Of a DNA stretch of 64,000 bases, positions 38,201 to 50,303 are shown piece after piece. This stretch comes from Callorhinchus milii (lineage: Eukaryota). The stretch is taken from the NCBI RefSeq assembly GCF_018977255.1, contig NW_024704742.1, positions 47,184,001 through 47,248,000 of the forward strand, written 5' to 3'. The first letter of the stretch is position 1. Every line of letters starts with the position of its first letter. A program made the translations under genes and the position numbers. The notes under the pieces are model-generated. The model saw only the letters and a program-made list of their open reading frames with translations, was not told the origin of the DNA and searched no databases.

Positions 38201-41200
38201 TTTCACTGCAAGGTTGGTGAGCTATCTTCTCCATCCCAATTCTTCAGCCCCTGTCTGTTCTCTTTCTCCCCTTCCCCCACTCCCCCCATTGACCTCTACC
38301 TGTGCCAGTCATGTTGAAGGGTGACCACCACACAGTCAGCACCACACAAAGGTGTCGAGCATTCTTTGGTCAAATGTTGTGAAGCTTAGATCAGTGGTGG
38401 CCAACCTATATGGTCAGCCAACAAAATATTTTTTCTTGATTGAATATATAAATAATTATTTGGGAAGGACAAGTTTGCAGGGATCGATTTGGGTAGTTCT
38501 TTTCAAAGAGCAGATACAATGGGCCGAATGGCCTCCTTCTGTGTTGTATAATTCTATGATTTCTTGATTTATTGCCATAAATCAAGAAATATTCAATCAA
38601 GAAAAAACTGAAAACACACTAACGATCAAACAAACATTTGCCTAGACTTGTGCGAATGTTTGGGGGGCTGCTTCTTGATGGCCACAAGTTAGCCACCACT
38701 GGCTTAAATGTAATGCAAAATGCAAACTCCTTCAATAAACTGATGGATTCTGATAACGTCAACATTTCTACTTTAGTTTAGAATGGTTAGTCCTGCCTTT
38801 CTTAATAATGAAATATTTTTTACACCAATTAATCTGGTTTCATGTGCAATTTAATGGTTGAGATCAGTTCTGATAACTCTCCCTCCCCCATAGTTCATTG
38901 ACCTCACTCAGCCATTGTGTAGTTTTATTTATTAGTAAAGTAAGAATTTCTTAGCACTTCATCTCATTCCTATAAGTTTAAATAGATTGGTAGCAGTTTG
39001 ACAAGACTTTTAAGCATACCAACTCTAGGAGTAAATGACATCTGCAATTTTGCAGTGTGCTATATCTAATAAACTGTTGAACGCAATCTCTACTGCATTG
39101 CTCTTAATACCATTTCAGCCAGTTAACTTTTTTCAGTATGTTTGAGCAACAAATAAACACTTGTTGTCTAAGAATCAGAATTGTCATGAATAAATTTAAA
39201 TACTACCACAAATCACGTCCAATTAAAGCTCTTCAAATATGTTTTGAAAGAATAGCTTATTGTTCCTAAAATATTTAGTTTAATGAATGAAAAAGTAAAC
39301 TTTTTGCTTCTGACTTGGTCATGGGTTTCCTCGATTGTCGAATAGACTTTTGTTTGCATCAATGAAGTGCTTGACCTTTTTAAAAAAATATATAAAAAAT
39401 AAATCACTGAACTTAATAGAATGAAACAAGTTGTTTGAGATTTCTTTCATAGTAAATCTGATTGTCACAGTAATCATAGAAATTTACAGCATAGAAGAAG
39501 GCCTTGTTCAGCATCAAATAATTCCTCTTAAATGTATGTAATATTTTCATGTTTTGACTATTTGGGTATTTTGTTCTTATAGGTTTAGATATAAACTCTT
39601 AACGGTTTAATAATAGCAGCTGCTTATACTTCTGAACTTTTTTTTCAAAAAAAAGATTGCAGTGGGATGATTTTTTTCCGAGATTGCTCACTGATACTCA
39701 GATTACTAATGAAAGTTGAGGACTAATTTATCATTCACATTTTAAATATTGAATCCTATCCAATGTTCAAAAATTGTTTTTGTTCACAGTGGGGAGTGGA
39801 AAGTGTTCTCTGGCAATGAGCTGGGTGCCTTGTTGGGCTGGTGGATTTTTAACTGCTGGAAAAGCCTACATCCTGAAAAGGATGATGTGAAAAATGTGTA
39901 CATGATGGCCAGCACTGTTTCCTCAAAGATCCTCAGGGCAATTGCACTAAAGGAAGGATTCCATTTTGAGGTACTTCATCTGTTTTATTGTCTAATTATG
40001 AACAGTAGGTGTCAATGTGGAGTCCTGTGGCTCAGTGGTTAGAGCACTCGCTTTGCAAGTGCAGAGTTCAATTCCAGGCAGAGGGCGAAACCTTGGGCAA
40101 GTTTCCTTACTCCACACAGAGCCTAATAATAATCCCTTCAAAACCAAAAACAATAATAAAATTGGTCATTTTCAATCTACGACTGTTTGTGGGACATTGC
40201 TGTGCGCAATTGGCTGCCGCGTTCGCCCACAAATATACAGTCAATTCACTTTACAGTGTGTTCTGTGAAGCGCTTTGGGACGTCCTCCCGACGTGAAAAG
40301 CGCTATATCAAATGCAAGGATTATTATTATTAATATACACAGCCTGACACTGAGCAGAATAATTTCAGCTTTCACTGCTGAGAGTTTATGGTTGTAGAAT
40401 TTTAATTTGAATGGCCCTTTGATTTTAAGTACTTAAGAATTATGGAACAAGACAGTTTGGCCATTCGAGTCAACATGTGCAATCTTCACAAATGTGGACT
40501 GATTTTTATATCTTCAGGGAAAATAATGTGTGGATACTGAGATATCCAAAGTTCAAGTGTAATTCTCTTACCCTTTCTGCCCACTCTTTGCGGGAAGGCC
40601 TTCAGCTACCCCTGCTCTCTGGAACTCATCCTAAATCCCTTTGTTTTCAAAACTCACCTCAAATACCATCTTAACTGTGCGTTAACCCTGTTCAGGCTTC
40701 CTCTTCTTTATCATGAGTTTAGAGGCTCAACGCAAGTACAACTTGTTGCACTATAATTCTAGAATGTTGTATCATTCATTATTTTGCTTTTATAGATTGT
40801 ATTGTAAAGGCTTTCCACTATCACCAATGGTTAATTGCCAGCAGACTAGTGTCTGCCTGGATCAGTTGACAAAATATTCATCTTTAGGTTGAAAGGCCCA
40901 AGTCAGGACATTGAGCTCAGCCCAAACTGACACTCCCACTGTATTGAAGGGAGAGGTCTGCATTGCCAGAGTTGTTGTACATTGGATGAGATGTCAAACT
41001 ATTGGTCCCATCCGCCTGTTCAGGTGGATGTTAAAAGATCCCATGGCACCAGTTAAAAAGAGAAAGACATTTGTCCTTCTGTCCTGACCAAATATCCTCG
41101 AAATAAAATTGTTTGTTCACTTAGTAGGACATTGCTTATGCAAATTGGTTGCACCGCTTGTCTACAAAATTGTGCACTGCAGAAAACTTGTTTTCAGATA

Positions 41201-44200
41201 TTCTTGACAATACAGTCAATATTAAGTCATAGAATCATAGCATTATACAGCACAGAAGGAGGTCATTCGGCCCATTGTGTTTGTGCTGGCTATTTGAAAA
41301 GAGCTACCCAAATCAATCCCACTCTCTACTTCTCTCTTAAAAGTTGTTATCGAATTGGCTTCCACCAGGCAATGCATTCCAGATCCGAACAACTTGCAAC
41401 ATTTCTCCTCACCTCCCCTCTGTTTTAACAACTATTTTAAATTAGTGTCCTCGGGTTACCGACCCACCCGCCAGTGGAAATAGTTTCTCCTTATTCACCC
41501 TATCGAATTCCCTCATAGTTTTGAAAACTTCTATTAAGTCTCCTCTGCTCCAAGGAGAATAATCCCAGCTTCTCTAGCCTCTCCTGATAACTGAAGTCAC
41601 TCATCCTTGGTACCATCCTGGCAAATCTCCTTTGCACCCTCTCCAATGCCTTGACATCCTTCCTAAAGTGTGGTGCCCAGAACTGAACGTAGTCTCGAGC
41701 TGAGGCCTAACCAGTGTTTTATAAAGCTTCATTGTAACTTCCTGACCTTTGTATTCTATGCCCCTATTTATAAAGCCTTGTATCCCATATGCTTTTTAAC
41801 AGCTTTATCTGCCTGTCCTGCCACCTTCAAAGATTTGCTTATATGAACCCCCAGGTCTCTCTGTTCCTTCACCCTTTTAAGATTGTACCATCAGCTTATA
41901 TTGCCTCTCCTCATTCTTCCTCCCAAAATGCATCAGATCGCTTTTCTCCACATTAAACTTCATCTGCCACCTGTCTGCCCATTTTACCAGTCTGTCTATG
42001 TCCTCTTGCAGTCTGCTACTGTCCTCCTCACTGTTTACGACTTTTCCAAGCTTAGTATCATCTGCAAACTTGGAAATTGTACTCCCTATATCCAAGTCCA
42101 GGTCATTTATTATCGATCAAAAACAGCAGTAGTCCCAATACCGACCCCTGGGGACAACACTGCACACTTCCCTCCAAGTCAGAAAAACAACCGTTCGCCA
42201 ATACTGTATGCTTTCTGTCTCCCAGACAGTTCTGTATCCATGCTGCTACTGTCTCTTTAATACCGTGGGCTTCTGTTTTGCTTGTAAGTCTCTTATGTAG
42301 CACTTTATCAAACGTCTTTTGAAAATCCATATAAACTACATCAACTTCACTACCTTCATCCACCCTCTCCGTTACTTCATCAAAAATGTATAAGTTAGTT
42401 ATTTTTATTATTACTCTGATGTGTATTTGGTCACTGTTCATATTTTCTTTTATTAGGAAACCTTAACTGGATTTAAATGGATGGGGAGCAGAGCCAAAGA
42501 ACTTGTGGATCAGGGCAAGACTGTGCTTTTTGCCTTTGAGGAAGCTATAGGTGAAGCTGTCATTAACTGCTGTTTTTCCAGATTTTTTTATTTTGAAGTT
42601 TTTGAATGCATTTTGTAGCTGATGAAATAATGGGTGTCAAGTAAAGCCTCAAAATATAAAAAGAGGAATGTTCCCCACTTGAAATTTAATCTCTCAATAT
42701 CTGCCCATTTCTTTATGAACTCCCAAAGTGTTTGAATTTGTTTGGGGTTTCTCTTGCACCTTTGCAAGGCTCACAGGTTATAGAATGGATTATTAAAAGA
42801 ATATCTAAACCATTTTAGGGGTGGTAAAGGAAGAAATGAGGGCTCTCTGAGTGAGAGGTGTTCAGTACATCAAATTAACACATTTGAAATGTAGAATATA
42901 AAATAAAATCAAAACTAATCTTTATAAAAGAACAACAACTTGCATTTATAAAGCTGTTCACGTAATGTCTTGGAGCATTTTACAGTGGGTGGACAGATGC
43001 CAACCCCGGGCGGGGGGAGGCGATTGGAGGGGTGACCGTACCGTTTAGGGGCAGGTGAAGGGTTTTTAAGGCTGGACTTGAAGTTGGATAAGAGAGGGTG
43101 GTGTAGGTCGGACAGAGACGCATATCATGCTGCGTGGAGGTGATGAACCGCAGGATAGGAGGAGGTCGGAAAGCTAAGGAAGTGTAGGTGTGTAGACTTG
43201 AATTCCATTGTTTTGAATTTTGTGTTTCAATGCAATTCAATTAGGCAACAGTCATATGGTACAGTAGTTTCACTAAATTGATAATATACATTTTAATACA
43301 CTCATACAGACTGCTTGGTTGAATTTTTTTTGACCACACACACATAAATACATACACACACACATACACACAAAAGGAAACAACTGAATTGGGAAGTCCT
43401 CAGACATCAATTTCCATTTGATGAGATGAACCTCAACTACTGCATCTGTGGTCTGTGTGGTGTGATTAATGAGTCAATAGGAAGATAGCCAGTACTAGAA
43501 TATGAAAGGCTTTTATCAATTTAAATATCAGCTTGAAAGCACTTCTCTGAGAGGTAAACTAAGGGCCAGAAGCAGACTAATGTTCCTTAGTCCCAGCCTC
43601 AAGAGTATCGCTGCTGCCTCAGTGTGATTTCTCAGTTTTCCATACCTGCTGCCGTGACCTGTGATTGTGATCTTTGGCTTTTGCTGTGGACTTGTTTTTG
43701 CTAGAAACAAAGTTTAAAGTGTTTTCAAGTAACATCAGTTAAGCCATCAGCAAGATGGAGAAGAGTTACGTTCCACCCCTTGGCTTGGTTATTAATTGTA
43801 ATTAAAGGAAGTGCTCTAATTCAACTATCACTCAGGCTCTCATCTGTAACATGGTGTTATAAAGCAATTGCTAATGAGGATAAAGAACTTAAGAATCTGG
43901 GGCTTGGCAGACTCATTTGTATTTTGAACCAGGAGTATTATTTCAATGGAGATGAGCTAAGTGAATGAAATTTATTTTGCAATCTTATTCTCGTTTGTAA
44001 AATACAGGTTATATGTGCAGTGAATCTGTCCTGGATAAAGATGGTGTCAGTGCTGCTGCAATTGCTGCTGAATTGGCCAGTTATTTGGCAACCAAGGATC
44101 TCACCTTGACTCAGCAGCTCAAAGCAATTTATGAAGAGTAAGTATTAAAATAATACATTGATTTATTATCCATCAATTAAATTTGACTTCTTCCTTGCCA

Positions 44201-47200
44201 TTAAAATGTATTGATGTTTATATAATATAGTTAATCAGGTATTTCTGTCTGCAAATTCAGTTATGAAATTAATTTGATTGAAAATAATAAAGTTACATGA
44301 TATTACATTAATGGCATGGATACAGTGTCAGCCTGGTTCAGTTGGTAGTATTCTCGTTTCTGGGTCAGAAGGTCAGTTAGTTCAAGACGTAAATTGGGAC
44401 TTGGAACCAATGTAGTCCATCCTGACTCTCCAATGTTGTGCTGGAGGTGTGCTGGATTGTCTGAGGTGCCATTTTTCAGATGAGATGTAAAAATGAGGTC
44501 CAGTTGGATGTTAACGATCCCATAATACTATTGGAAAAGAGATTCTCCCAGTGTCTTGGCCAGTAATTCCCCAATAAAATTGGTCACTCACTCCAAGGCT
44601 ATTTGTGGGATTAGCTTTGTGAAAATTGGCTATCGTGTTGGACCACAAAATACACACAGTTGCACCAATTTACAGTATATCCTGTGAAGTACTTTGAGAT
44701 GTCTGAATGAAATAAGAAATAATTTCAAATGTAAGAATTACTATTATTGGGAATGTTCTCACTTGAAGCATAATATGTAATGCCAACACCAAATTGACTT
44801 GGCTGGTTAGTAATCATCACTTGCACTGAAATTCCAGCAGATGGCACTTGGATCAACCATTTATTTGCGTGTACAAAATCTGGACAGTGGTAAACTAGTT
44901 CTGTTTTGGACACTAATGCAAGCACAAGGGGCTGAATGATCCGTTTCCTCCCCGCACTACATTTGAAGGCCGGTGTCCTGCCTGTCAGGGCCCACCTCCA
45001 CATACAGACACAAAGAGAGACACACACACTTATAGACACACACCAACACTCACAGCCACAGGGGGAGACACACACCAACACTCACAGCCACAGGGGGAGA
45101 CACACACACCAACACTCACAGCCACAGGGGGAGACACACACACCAACACTCACAGCCACAGGGGGAGACACACACCAACACTCACAGCCACAGGGGGAGA
45201 CACACACCAACACTCACAGCCACAGGGGGAGACACACACACCAACACTCACAGCCACAGGGGGAGACACACACACCAACACTCACAGTCACAGGGGAAGA
45301 CACACGCACCAAAACTCACAGCCACAGAGAGACGCACACAGACACTCACAGCCACAGAGAGACTCGCACAAACACTCACAGCCACAGGGGGAGACACACA
45401 CACACACTTGCGAAGGTGCACATGCACGCTTGCAGAGAGAAGCACAGAGACAATCACAAACACACACATACAGCCACATACAGAGGAAAGAGACACACAC
45501 TCACAATCAGAACAGAGGGGCCTCGGGGTGAGCATTGCAGCGGAAATGTCGTTTGTAGTGGATTCCACAGAAAAACTGCATTTGCACTTTTCTATTGGCC
45601 CTGCTCATAACTGACACTCCAATGCAGTGCTGTGGGTGTGCTGAACCGTTCTTCAGATGAGATATTAAACTGCTAAACTGCCCATTCAGCTGGATGTTGA
45701 AGGTCCTATGGTATTATTTAAAAAGAGAAGGGAGGTTATTTTTTTCCTGGTGTCCTGATCAACAATCTCCCAAATAAATGTTTTCATTTTCATTTCATAG
45801 TTGTTTTGAGACATTTGCTGTGTGCAAATGGGTTGACATGTTTGCCAATAAACAGTTATTCTAGTTTACATTATATCCTGTAAGATGTCCACCTGATCTG
45901 AATGAACCTATTTCCAATTTTATTTATTATTGTATGAATAATTGAACCCACAACTTTCTGACTCAGAAATAGGAATGCAACCAACTAAGCTGATTCCTTG
46001 GTACGAAAGCACAGAGCCACTCACACACTGATGGTCACGTTTGATGTTAACCTGAATGACCACATCAAAACTAATGCATTCATAGATATTGATGGGGAAA
46101 TTATTTCATTACTGTACAGTCATGCGTCGACATGGCTGCTGGAGCAGTCTGGTATGTGTATTCTCACCTACAACCCCCCCCCATGGCCTCGCCTCGCCTC
46201 AAAACCCTCCTCTTCGACTATGCCATCGGTCACCCCCCTTCTCCCCTCCCTTTTCCCCCCCAACCCCAGCTCGCGTCTGAAATGCTGTACACTGTCCAGT
46301 GCCTTGGGACGTTCTCCTGACGTGAAAGGTGCTATACAAATGTAATGTTGTTGTTGTTGATGTTCACCTATGTGTAAACTTCAGCTATATTGATTACAAT
46401 GGTACAATAAATTTTTCTTTCTTACGTTCATCTAGATATGGTTATCATCTCACAAAGGCTTCGTATTTCATCTGCCATGACCCTGAAACAATTCAACGTT
46501 TGTTCAAGAAACTAAGAAACTATGATGGAGAGAACCAATACCCGAAACATTGTGGCAAATTTGAAATCTCAGATGTTCGAGATTTAACCACTGGCTATGA
46601 CAGCAGCCAACCTGATAAAAAAGCCGTACGTACAGGATGAGTCGAAGGTCATAAAAGTGTTTCCATTTAGATAGCTTTTCACCACTTACTTCTCAAACTG
46701 TTGTATGTCAGGGTCTTGATTTATTTCTAATATATTAATTAATATTAATCCTTACATTTGATAGAGCATTTTTCACTTCAGGAGGACATCTCAAAGTGTT
46801 TCCCAGGATTTACTGTAAAGTGGAATGATTGCACACTGAAACCCTGGCTATCCGGACCAATGGGGGGTAGATCCGAAATTTCCAGCTAAGTGTAGTTCCA
46901 ATCCCGGAACCAGCATTTATACTGGCTTTTTTTCCACGCCAGCTTTTTTCAGTACCAGTAAATGGCGGTACCAGCATTGTAATTGCATGAATTCTACAAG
47001 GAGAAGATAGCGAATAAGCTATCTTCTGCGTGTGCGATTGAAACTGAGTCAAAGTCGATACCCCTGGGACACTGAAGGCCAGCAAATATGATGAGGTAGG
47101 AGGAGAGTGGAGCTGGTGCGAGTCTACACATGGCCCGCAGAATTTTTCTTTGTGATTTTTTTTAAAATTACATTTCAGGCCGTTTCAGCTAGGTCCAAAT

Positions 47201-50200
47201 TCCAGATACCCGGAGTCCAGTAAGTTTACTGTATTTTGTGGGGCAATGCAGCAGCCAATTTGTGCACAGCAATATCCCACAAACAGCCATGAAGTGAATG
47301 ACAATTTTTGTGTGATTGGGGGGATTATTTGTCAGGAAACTTCTCTTTTCAAATAGTACCATGAAATCTTTAACGTCCACCTGAACTGGCAAAAGACACA
47401 AAGTGTTTGTTAATTTGTTTCCCTCCAGGCCTCCTGAAACCCAGTGAGTTTTTTGTTGTGTGAATAACACTGAAAATTATAGGCCTTTCGCTAAATAAGA
47501 TTTGAGTTTATATCCCACTACAGAACTTCATTGTCAGCATATCTATCCTTCAGGTAAAAAATTAAATCGAGATCTAATCTGACTGTTGAGGTGAATGTTA
47601 AGCACTGTCGAGCATGCCCCATTCCATTTATTTAAAAAAAAGTTCCCACAACAGAGTTTGGATTAACGCAAAATCATGTGTATATTGTGCATTGGCATAC
47701 CATGCTACCGTATATGCAGTTTTTTTTACAATCCAAGACTTGTCAATCAAAGGTTTGCCAGTTTCCCCTGCCTAGCTGCAGTGCCACACTCACCAGCTTC
47801 ATGTCGATGTGCAGAGCACCAGGCCCTCACTCCGTCACCATGGCCCGAAATGAAATATGTCAGTTGATTGGTCCATGTTACAACAAAATGATATTTGTAT
47901 AGCGCCTTTCACGTCGGGTGGACATCCCAAGGTGCTGGACAATCAGTGTTTCGGACCCGAGCTGGGGGTCAGGATTGGGGAGGGTGGAGAGCAGAGGGGG
48001 GAAAGAGGGTGATTGAAGGCACGTTTGAAGAGGAGAGTCTGGACACGGGGCTTGAAAGAGGCAAGCGAAGGGGTGAGGCAGAGAGATTGCGGGGTGGAGT
48101 TCCAGAGGGTGGGGGCAGAGTGGCTGAAGGCCCACCCACCAGGAGAGGACACTGGCTACAGAGTTCTGGATGACCTGCAGCCTATGGAGGGAGGATGGAT
48201 GTATTTTTGGATACCCATGTGTGCACAGTACACATTTTTAAAAATCCTATCTTGATCTCTTTAATCGTGTCCAGGGCATTAGCTATTCTATTGAGTGACC
48301 ATATATCACAAAGATCTCTGATAAAATAATGTATAGATGTTTCTTACACAATTACAGTATAAACCAAATTTTCTTTATATCTTTAATCTTTATAACCTAG
48401 TTTTCTCTTAAACACTAATGGTAATAAATCCATATATCTTTATGTAATTTAATCATTCTAACCTGTCTGTGTGGCAGATCCTTCCGACCAGCAAAAGCAG
48501 CCACATGATTACCTTTACATTTGCCAATGGATGTGTAGCCACCATAAGAACAAGTGGGACAGAACCCAAAATCAAGTACTACGCTGAACTATGTGCACCT
48601 CCTGGAAACAGGTAACATATTTACAATTTTAAGTAGAAATACTTTGGAACTATGGTCAAATATGTGGATAGGTAATTAGAGAATGTAGAGCATTTTAGGG
48701 CAAGAGCTGTGTTTTTTTATATATATATATGTATATATACTAGTGCATTCATATTAAAATTATTTGAGCAGCATACTGTATTAACTGTGGTGCAGGGTGG
48801 TAGATCGCATGTTTGCGCACAAGATACTTTTCTTCACAAGTTGCACCTCTTCACAAGTTGCAGACTATCTAGAACACTGCAGCTCGTGTACTTTCCTGCA
48901 CTAAACTCAGTGAGACTTCTGGCTGATCTGCAGTGGTGGAAAGTCCAGTGAGCAGTGGTGAAGTTTAGCCTGGGCATTTTGAAAGTATGGACAAGGGTCT
49001 CAGAGGTAATGGCAGAGCCGGGCAATATTGTGGAGGTAGTGGGGAAAACTGAACGGGTCAGGGCACAAATGTAGGGTTTAAAGAACAGCAGAAAGTCAAA
49101 TAGGATACAGAAATTCCACACTGGTTCTGTTAAGTGGAGTGTGCATCCGTGTAGATTGATGCTGTCAGTGCCTGAGGTGAGAAGCTGCTGACGGGAATCA
49201 AGATGGAGAGCTCTGTCTTTTCGACATTCAGCTGGAGAAAGTGAGCTCTCATTCAGGACTTGATGTCCAACAGGCAATCAATTGGTCAGAACAGCAGCGG
49301 TCTTGGAATTGGTGGAGGCAGAGAGATAGAGTTGGGTGTTCTCTGCATACATATGGAACTTAACCCCCTGCTTGGGGATAACACGGCGAGCAGGAGCATG
49401 TAGATATTAAACAACTACCACAAAATTACAAGAGGAGAGGGAGCATTTTCCTGAGCAGTTCTCTTAAAATTCACACTTGTGTTTCTTTCCTTCTGTCTCT
49501 CCTCCTCTCTCCGCCCCCACCACCCCATATCCAGGTGGAATGCCCACCTCAAATTTAATCTCTAGTTAGATAGTAAAAAACTCAGCAGGAAAGTGACAGT
49601 GCTGAACATATGACCGCGTGGGCCTGTGACCATCTAGGAAAATTAATGTATTGCTAATTAGCAATGTATTTAGATTCTAATTACAAGATGTAAGGAAAAC
49701 CTAGAATGGGGAAAATTCTGCACTGATTATTATATAGCATATTCAGCTTGTATGGAGTCCTGCTTAGCGGTTACAGCACTCACCTTACAAGCGAGAGACC
49801 TGGGTTCGATTCCCAGCAGGGCGAAATGTTGAGCAAGTTTCCTGACTCCACATGTCTCTGTTTACCTAGCAGTAAGTAGGAACCTGGTCATTAGTCGATT
49901 GACAGATCGCTCTTCCGGGGGTAGACATTCCTTCAAAAAATAATAATAATAAATTCACTTCAATCCATGACTGTTTGTGGGACGCTGCTGTGCTCAATTG
50001 GCTGCTGCGTTTCGCCCACAAAATATACAGTCAATTCACTTTATATTCTGTGAAGCGCTTTGAGACATCTTGAAGACGTGATAAAGCGCTATATCAAATG
50101 CAAGGATTATTATTAGTATTAGTATTTAATCTCTCCACATATCAAATGCAGAATGCTTTACAGTTCCTTGTTTGTTTACTTGTTTGTCTTCTTTTCCCAG

Positions 50201-50303
50201 TGACCCAGAGCGGCTGAAGGAGGACCTCAATGATTTGGTCAATGCTTTGGTGAAATATTTCTTCCAACCAGATGAAAATGGTTTGATATCTCAATCTCCC
50301 TGA
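23150..50303 (+). CDS. PGM2: Phosphoglucomutase-2 / phosphopentomutase, 14 coding exons, spliced CDS 1821 nt (606 aa + stop)
   Basis: The exons join in frame with GT-AG boundaries. The protein has the alpha-D-phosphohexomutase motifs FGTAGLR, TASHNP (catalytic Ser), DPDADR (metal), FEEAIG and [12 protein letters not shown], and is colinear with vertebrate PGM2. Adjacency to TBC1D1 favours PGM2 over PGM2L1. Confidence 0.95.
23213..23750 (+). repeat. G-rich (GAGGT/GAGGG)n satellite at the start of PGM2 intron 1
   Basis: Directly visible; almost C-free on the + strand. Confidence 0.95.
23900..24208 (+). repeat. (CAGCA/CAGCC)n-based minisatellite
   Basis: Repeated CAGCACAGCACAGCCCTAGCCAGCC units. 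Confidence 0.95.
24405..25110 (-). mobile_element. L2-clade LINE 3' fragment in PGM2 intron 1
   Basis: [15 protein letters not shown] in a minus ORF; same tail as the other L2 copies. Confidence 0.9.
25112..25265 (+). mobile_element. CR1 3' end fragment
   Basis: GATCAGCCAT...GGGCTGAATGGCCGCCTCCTATTCCTATG resembles the tails at 7330-7419 and 55375-55461. Confidence 0.75.
27435..27885 (-). mobile_element. L2 3' fragment, internally deleted
   Basis: Similar to 24405-25110 and 7945-8270. Confidence 0.8.
28576..28743 (+). CDS. PGM2: PGM2 exon 2 (NAKT...FGTAGLR...IIQTTQ)
   Basis: TAG acceptor, CAG|GTAAG donor, 168 nt. Confidence 0.95.
30060..30166 (+). CDS. PGM2: PGM2 exon 3 (GLCRYLEK...[15 protein letters not shown])
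   Basis: TTTAG acceptor, AG|GTGG donor, 107 nt. Confidence 0.95.
30788..30872 (+). CDS. PGM2: PGM2 exon 4 ([28 protein letters not shown])
   Basis: TGCAG acceptor, GTG|GTATG donor, 85 nt. Confidence 0.95.
32099..32182 (+). CDS. PGM2: PGM2 exon 5 ([28 protein letters not shown]), catalytic serine
   Basis: TASHNP motif; AAG acceptor after a pyrimidine tract; AAG|GTAAT donor; 84 nt. Confidence 0.96.
32275..32765 (+). mobile_element. Highly decayed L2 fragment
   Basis: Pyrimidine-rich; residual FKFLLKTY; nucleotide similarity to the 11823-12995 element. Confidence 0.6.
33356..33549 (+). CDS. PGM2: PGM2 exon 6 ([10 protein letters not shown]...KHCFHR)
   Basis: AG acceptor, AG|GTGAG donor, 194 nt. 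Confidence 0.95.
34244..34433 (+). CDS. PGM2: PGM2 exon 7 ([19 protein letters not shown]...[10 protein letters not shown])
   Basis: CTAG acceptor, CTG|GTAAC donor, 190 nt. Confidence 0.95.
36208..36305 (+). CDS. PGM2: PGM2 exon 8 ([31 protein letters not shown]), metal-binding loop
   Basis: DPDADR motif; TACAG acceptor; CG|GTATG donor; 98 nt. Confidence 0.96.
38392..38701. mobile_element. hAT-type non-autonomous DNA transposon (MITE)
   Basis: TIRs CAGTGGTGGCCAACCT / AAGTTAGCCACCACTG (14/16); 8-bp TSD GCTTAGAT / GCTTAAAT. Confidence 0.85.
39790..39970 (+). CDS. PGM2: PGM2 exon 9 ([18 protein letters not shown]...EGFHFE)
   Basis: CACAG acceptor, GAG|GTAC donor, 181 nt. Confidence 0.95.
40017..40331 (+). 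mobile_element. Same SINE, young short form
   Basis: Near-identical to 51327-51656. Confidence 0.93.
41227..42385 (-). mobile_element. CR1-clade LINE RT fragment, second subfamily
   Basis: Minus ORFs with [17 protein letters not shown] and [24 protein letters not shown] tail. Confidence 0.92.
42457..42550 (+). CDS. PGM2: PGM2 exon 10 ([10 protein letters not shown]...FAFEEAIG)
   Basis: TTAG acceptor, G|GTGAA donor, 94 nt. Confidence 0.95.
44008..44137 (+). CDS. PGM2: PGM2 exon 11 ([16 protein letters not shown]...KAIYE)
   Basis: TACAG acceptor, GA|GTAAGT donor, 130 nt. Confidence 0.95.
45035..45405 (+). repeat. 32-34 bp minisatellite CCAACACTCACAGCCACAGGGGGAGA(CA)3-4
   Basis: About eight clean units, then degenerate ones. 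Confidence 0.95.
46436..46625 (+). CDS. PGM2: PGM2 exon 12 ([13 protein letters not shown]...SQPDKKA)
   Basis: CTAG acceptor, GCC|GTACG donor, 190 nt. Confidence 0.95.
46834..47231. mobile_element. Tc1/pogo-type DNA transposon relic inserted in a SINE
   Basis: Interrupts a minus-strand SINE at its TA; degenerate termini CACTGAAAC...TATCCGG / CCAGATAC...GTTTACTG. Confidence 0.55.
47878..48195 (-). mobile_element. L2 3' fragment
   Basis: [12 protein letters not shown]; shared L2 tail. Confidence 0.82.
48478..48611 (+). CDS. PGM2: PGM2 exon 13 ([13 protein letters not shown]...[21 protein letters not shown])
   Basis: GGCAG acceptor, AG|GTAAC donor, 134 nt. Confidence 0.95.
48920..49410 (-). 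mobile_element. Decayed L2 RT fragment
   Basis: [12 protein letters not shown] matches the 19315-20812 element. Confidence 0.75.
49753..50114 (+). mobile_element. SINE long form, full length, PGM2 intron 13
   Basis: Head with GGTTCGATTCC B box, extra block, core and tail. Confidence 0.9.
50201..50303 (+). CDS. PGM2: PGM2 exon 14 coding part ([33 protein letters not shown])
   Basis: Strong pyrimidine tract and CCCAG acceptor; FFQP motif; TGA at 50301-50303. Confidence 0.93.

Noticed and set aside
45035..45405. CRISPR-like periodic repeat
   Set aside because: Tandem units without unique spacers, in eukaryotic intron context.
44936..45610. 224-aa His/Thr-rich ORF
   Set aside because: Translation of an intronic minisatellite.
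23150..50303. Alternative identity PGM2L1 (glucose-1,6-bisphosphate synthase)
   Set aside because: The sequence follows PGM2 as recalled and the TBC1D1 neighbour matches the PGM2 locus. A phylogeny would be decisive.
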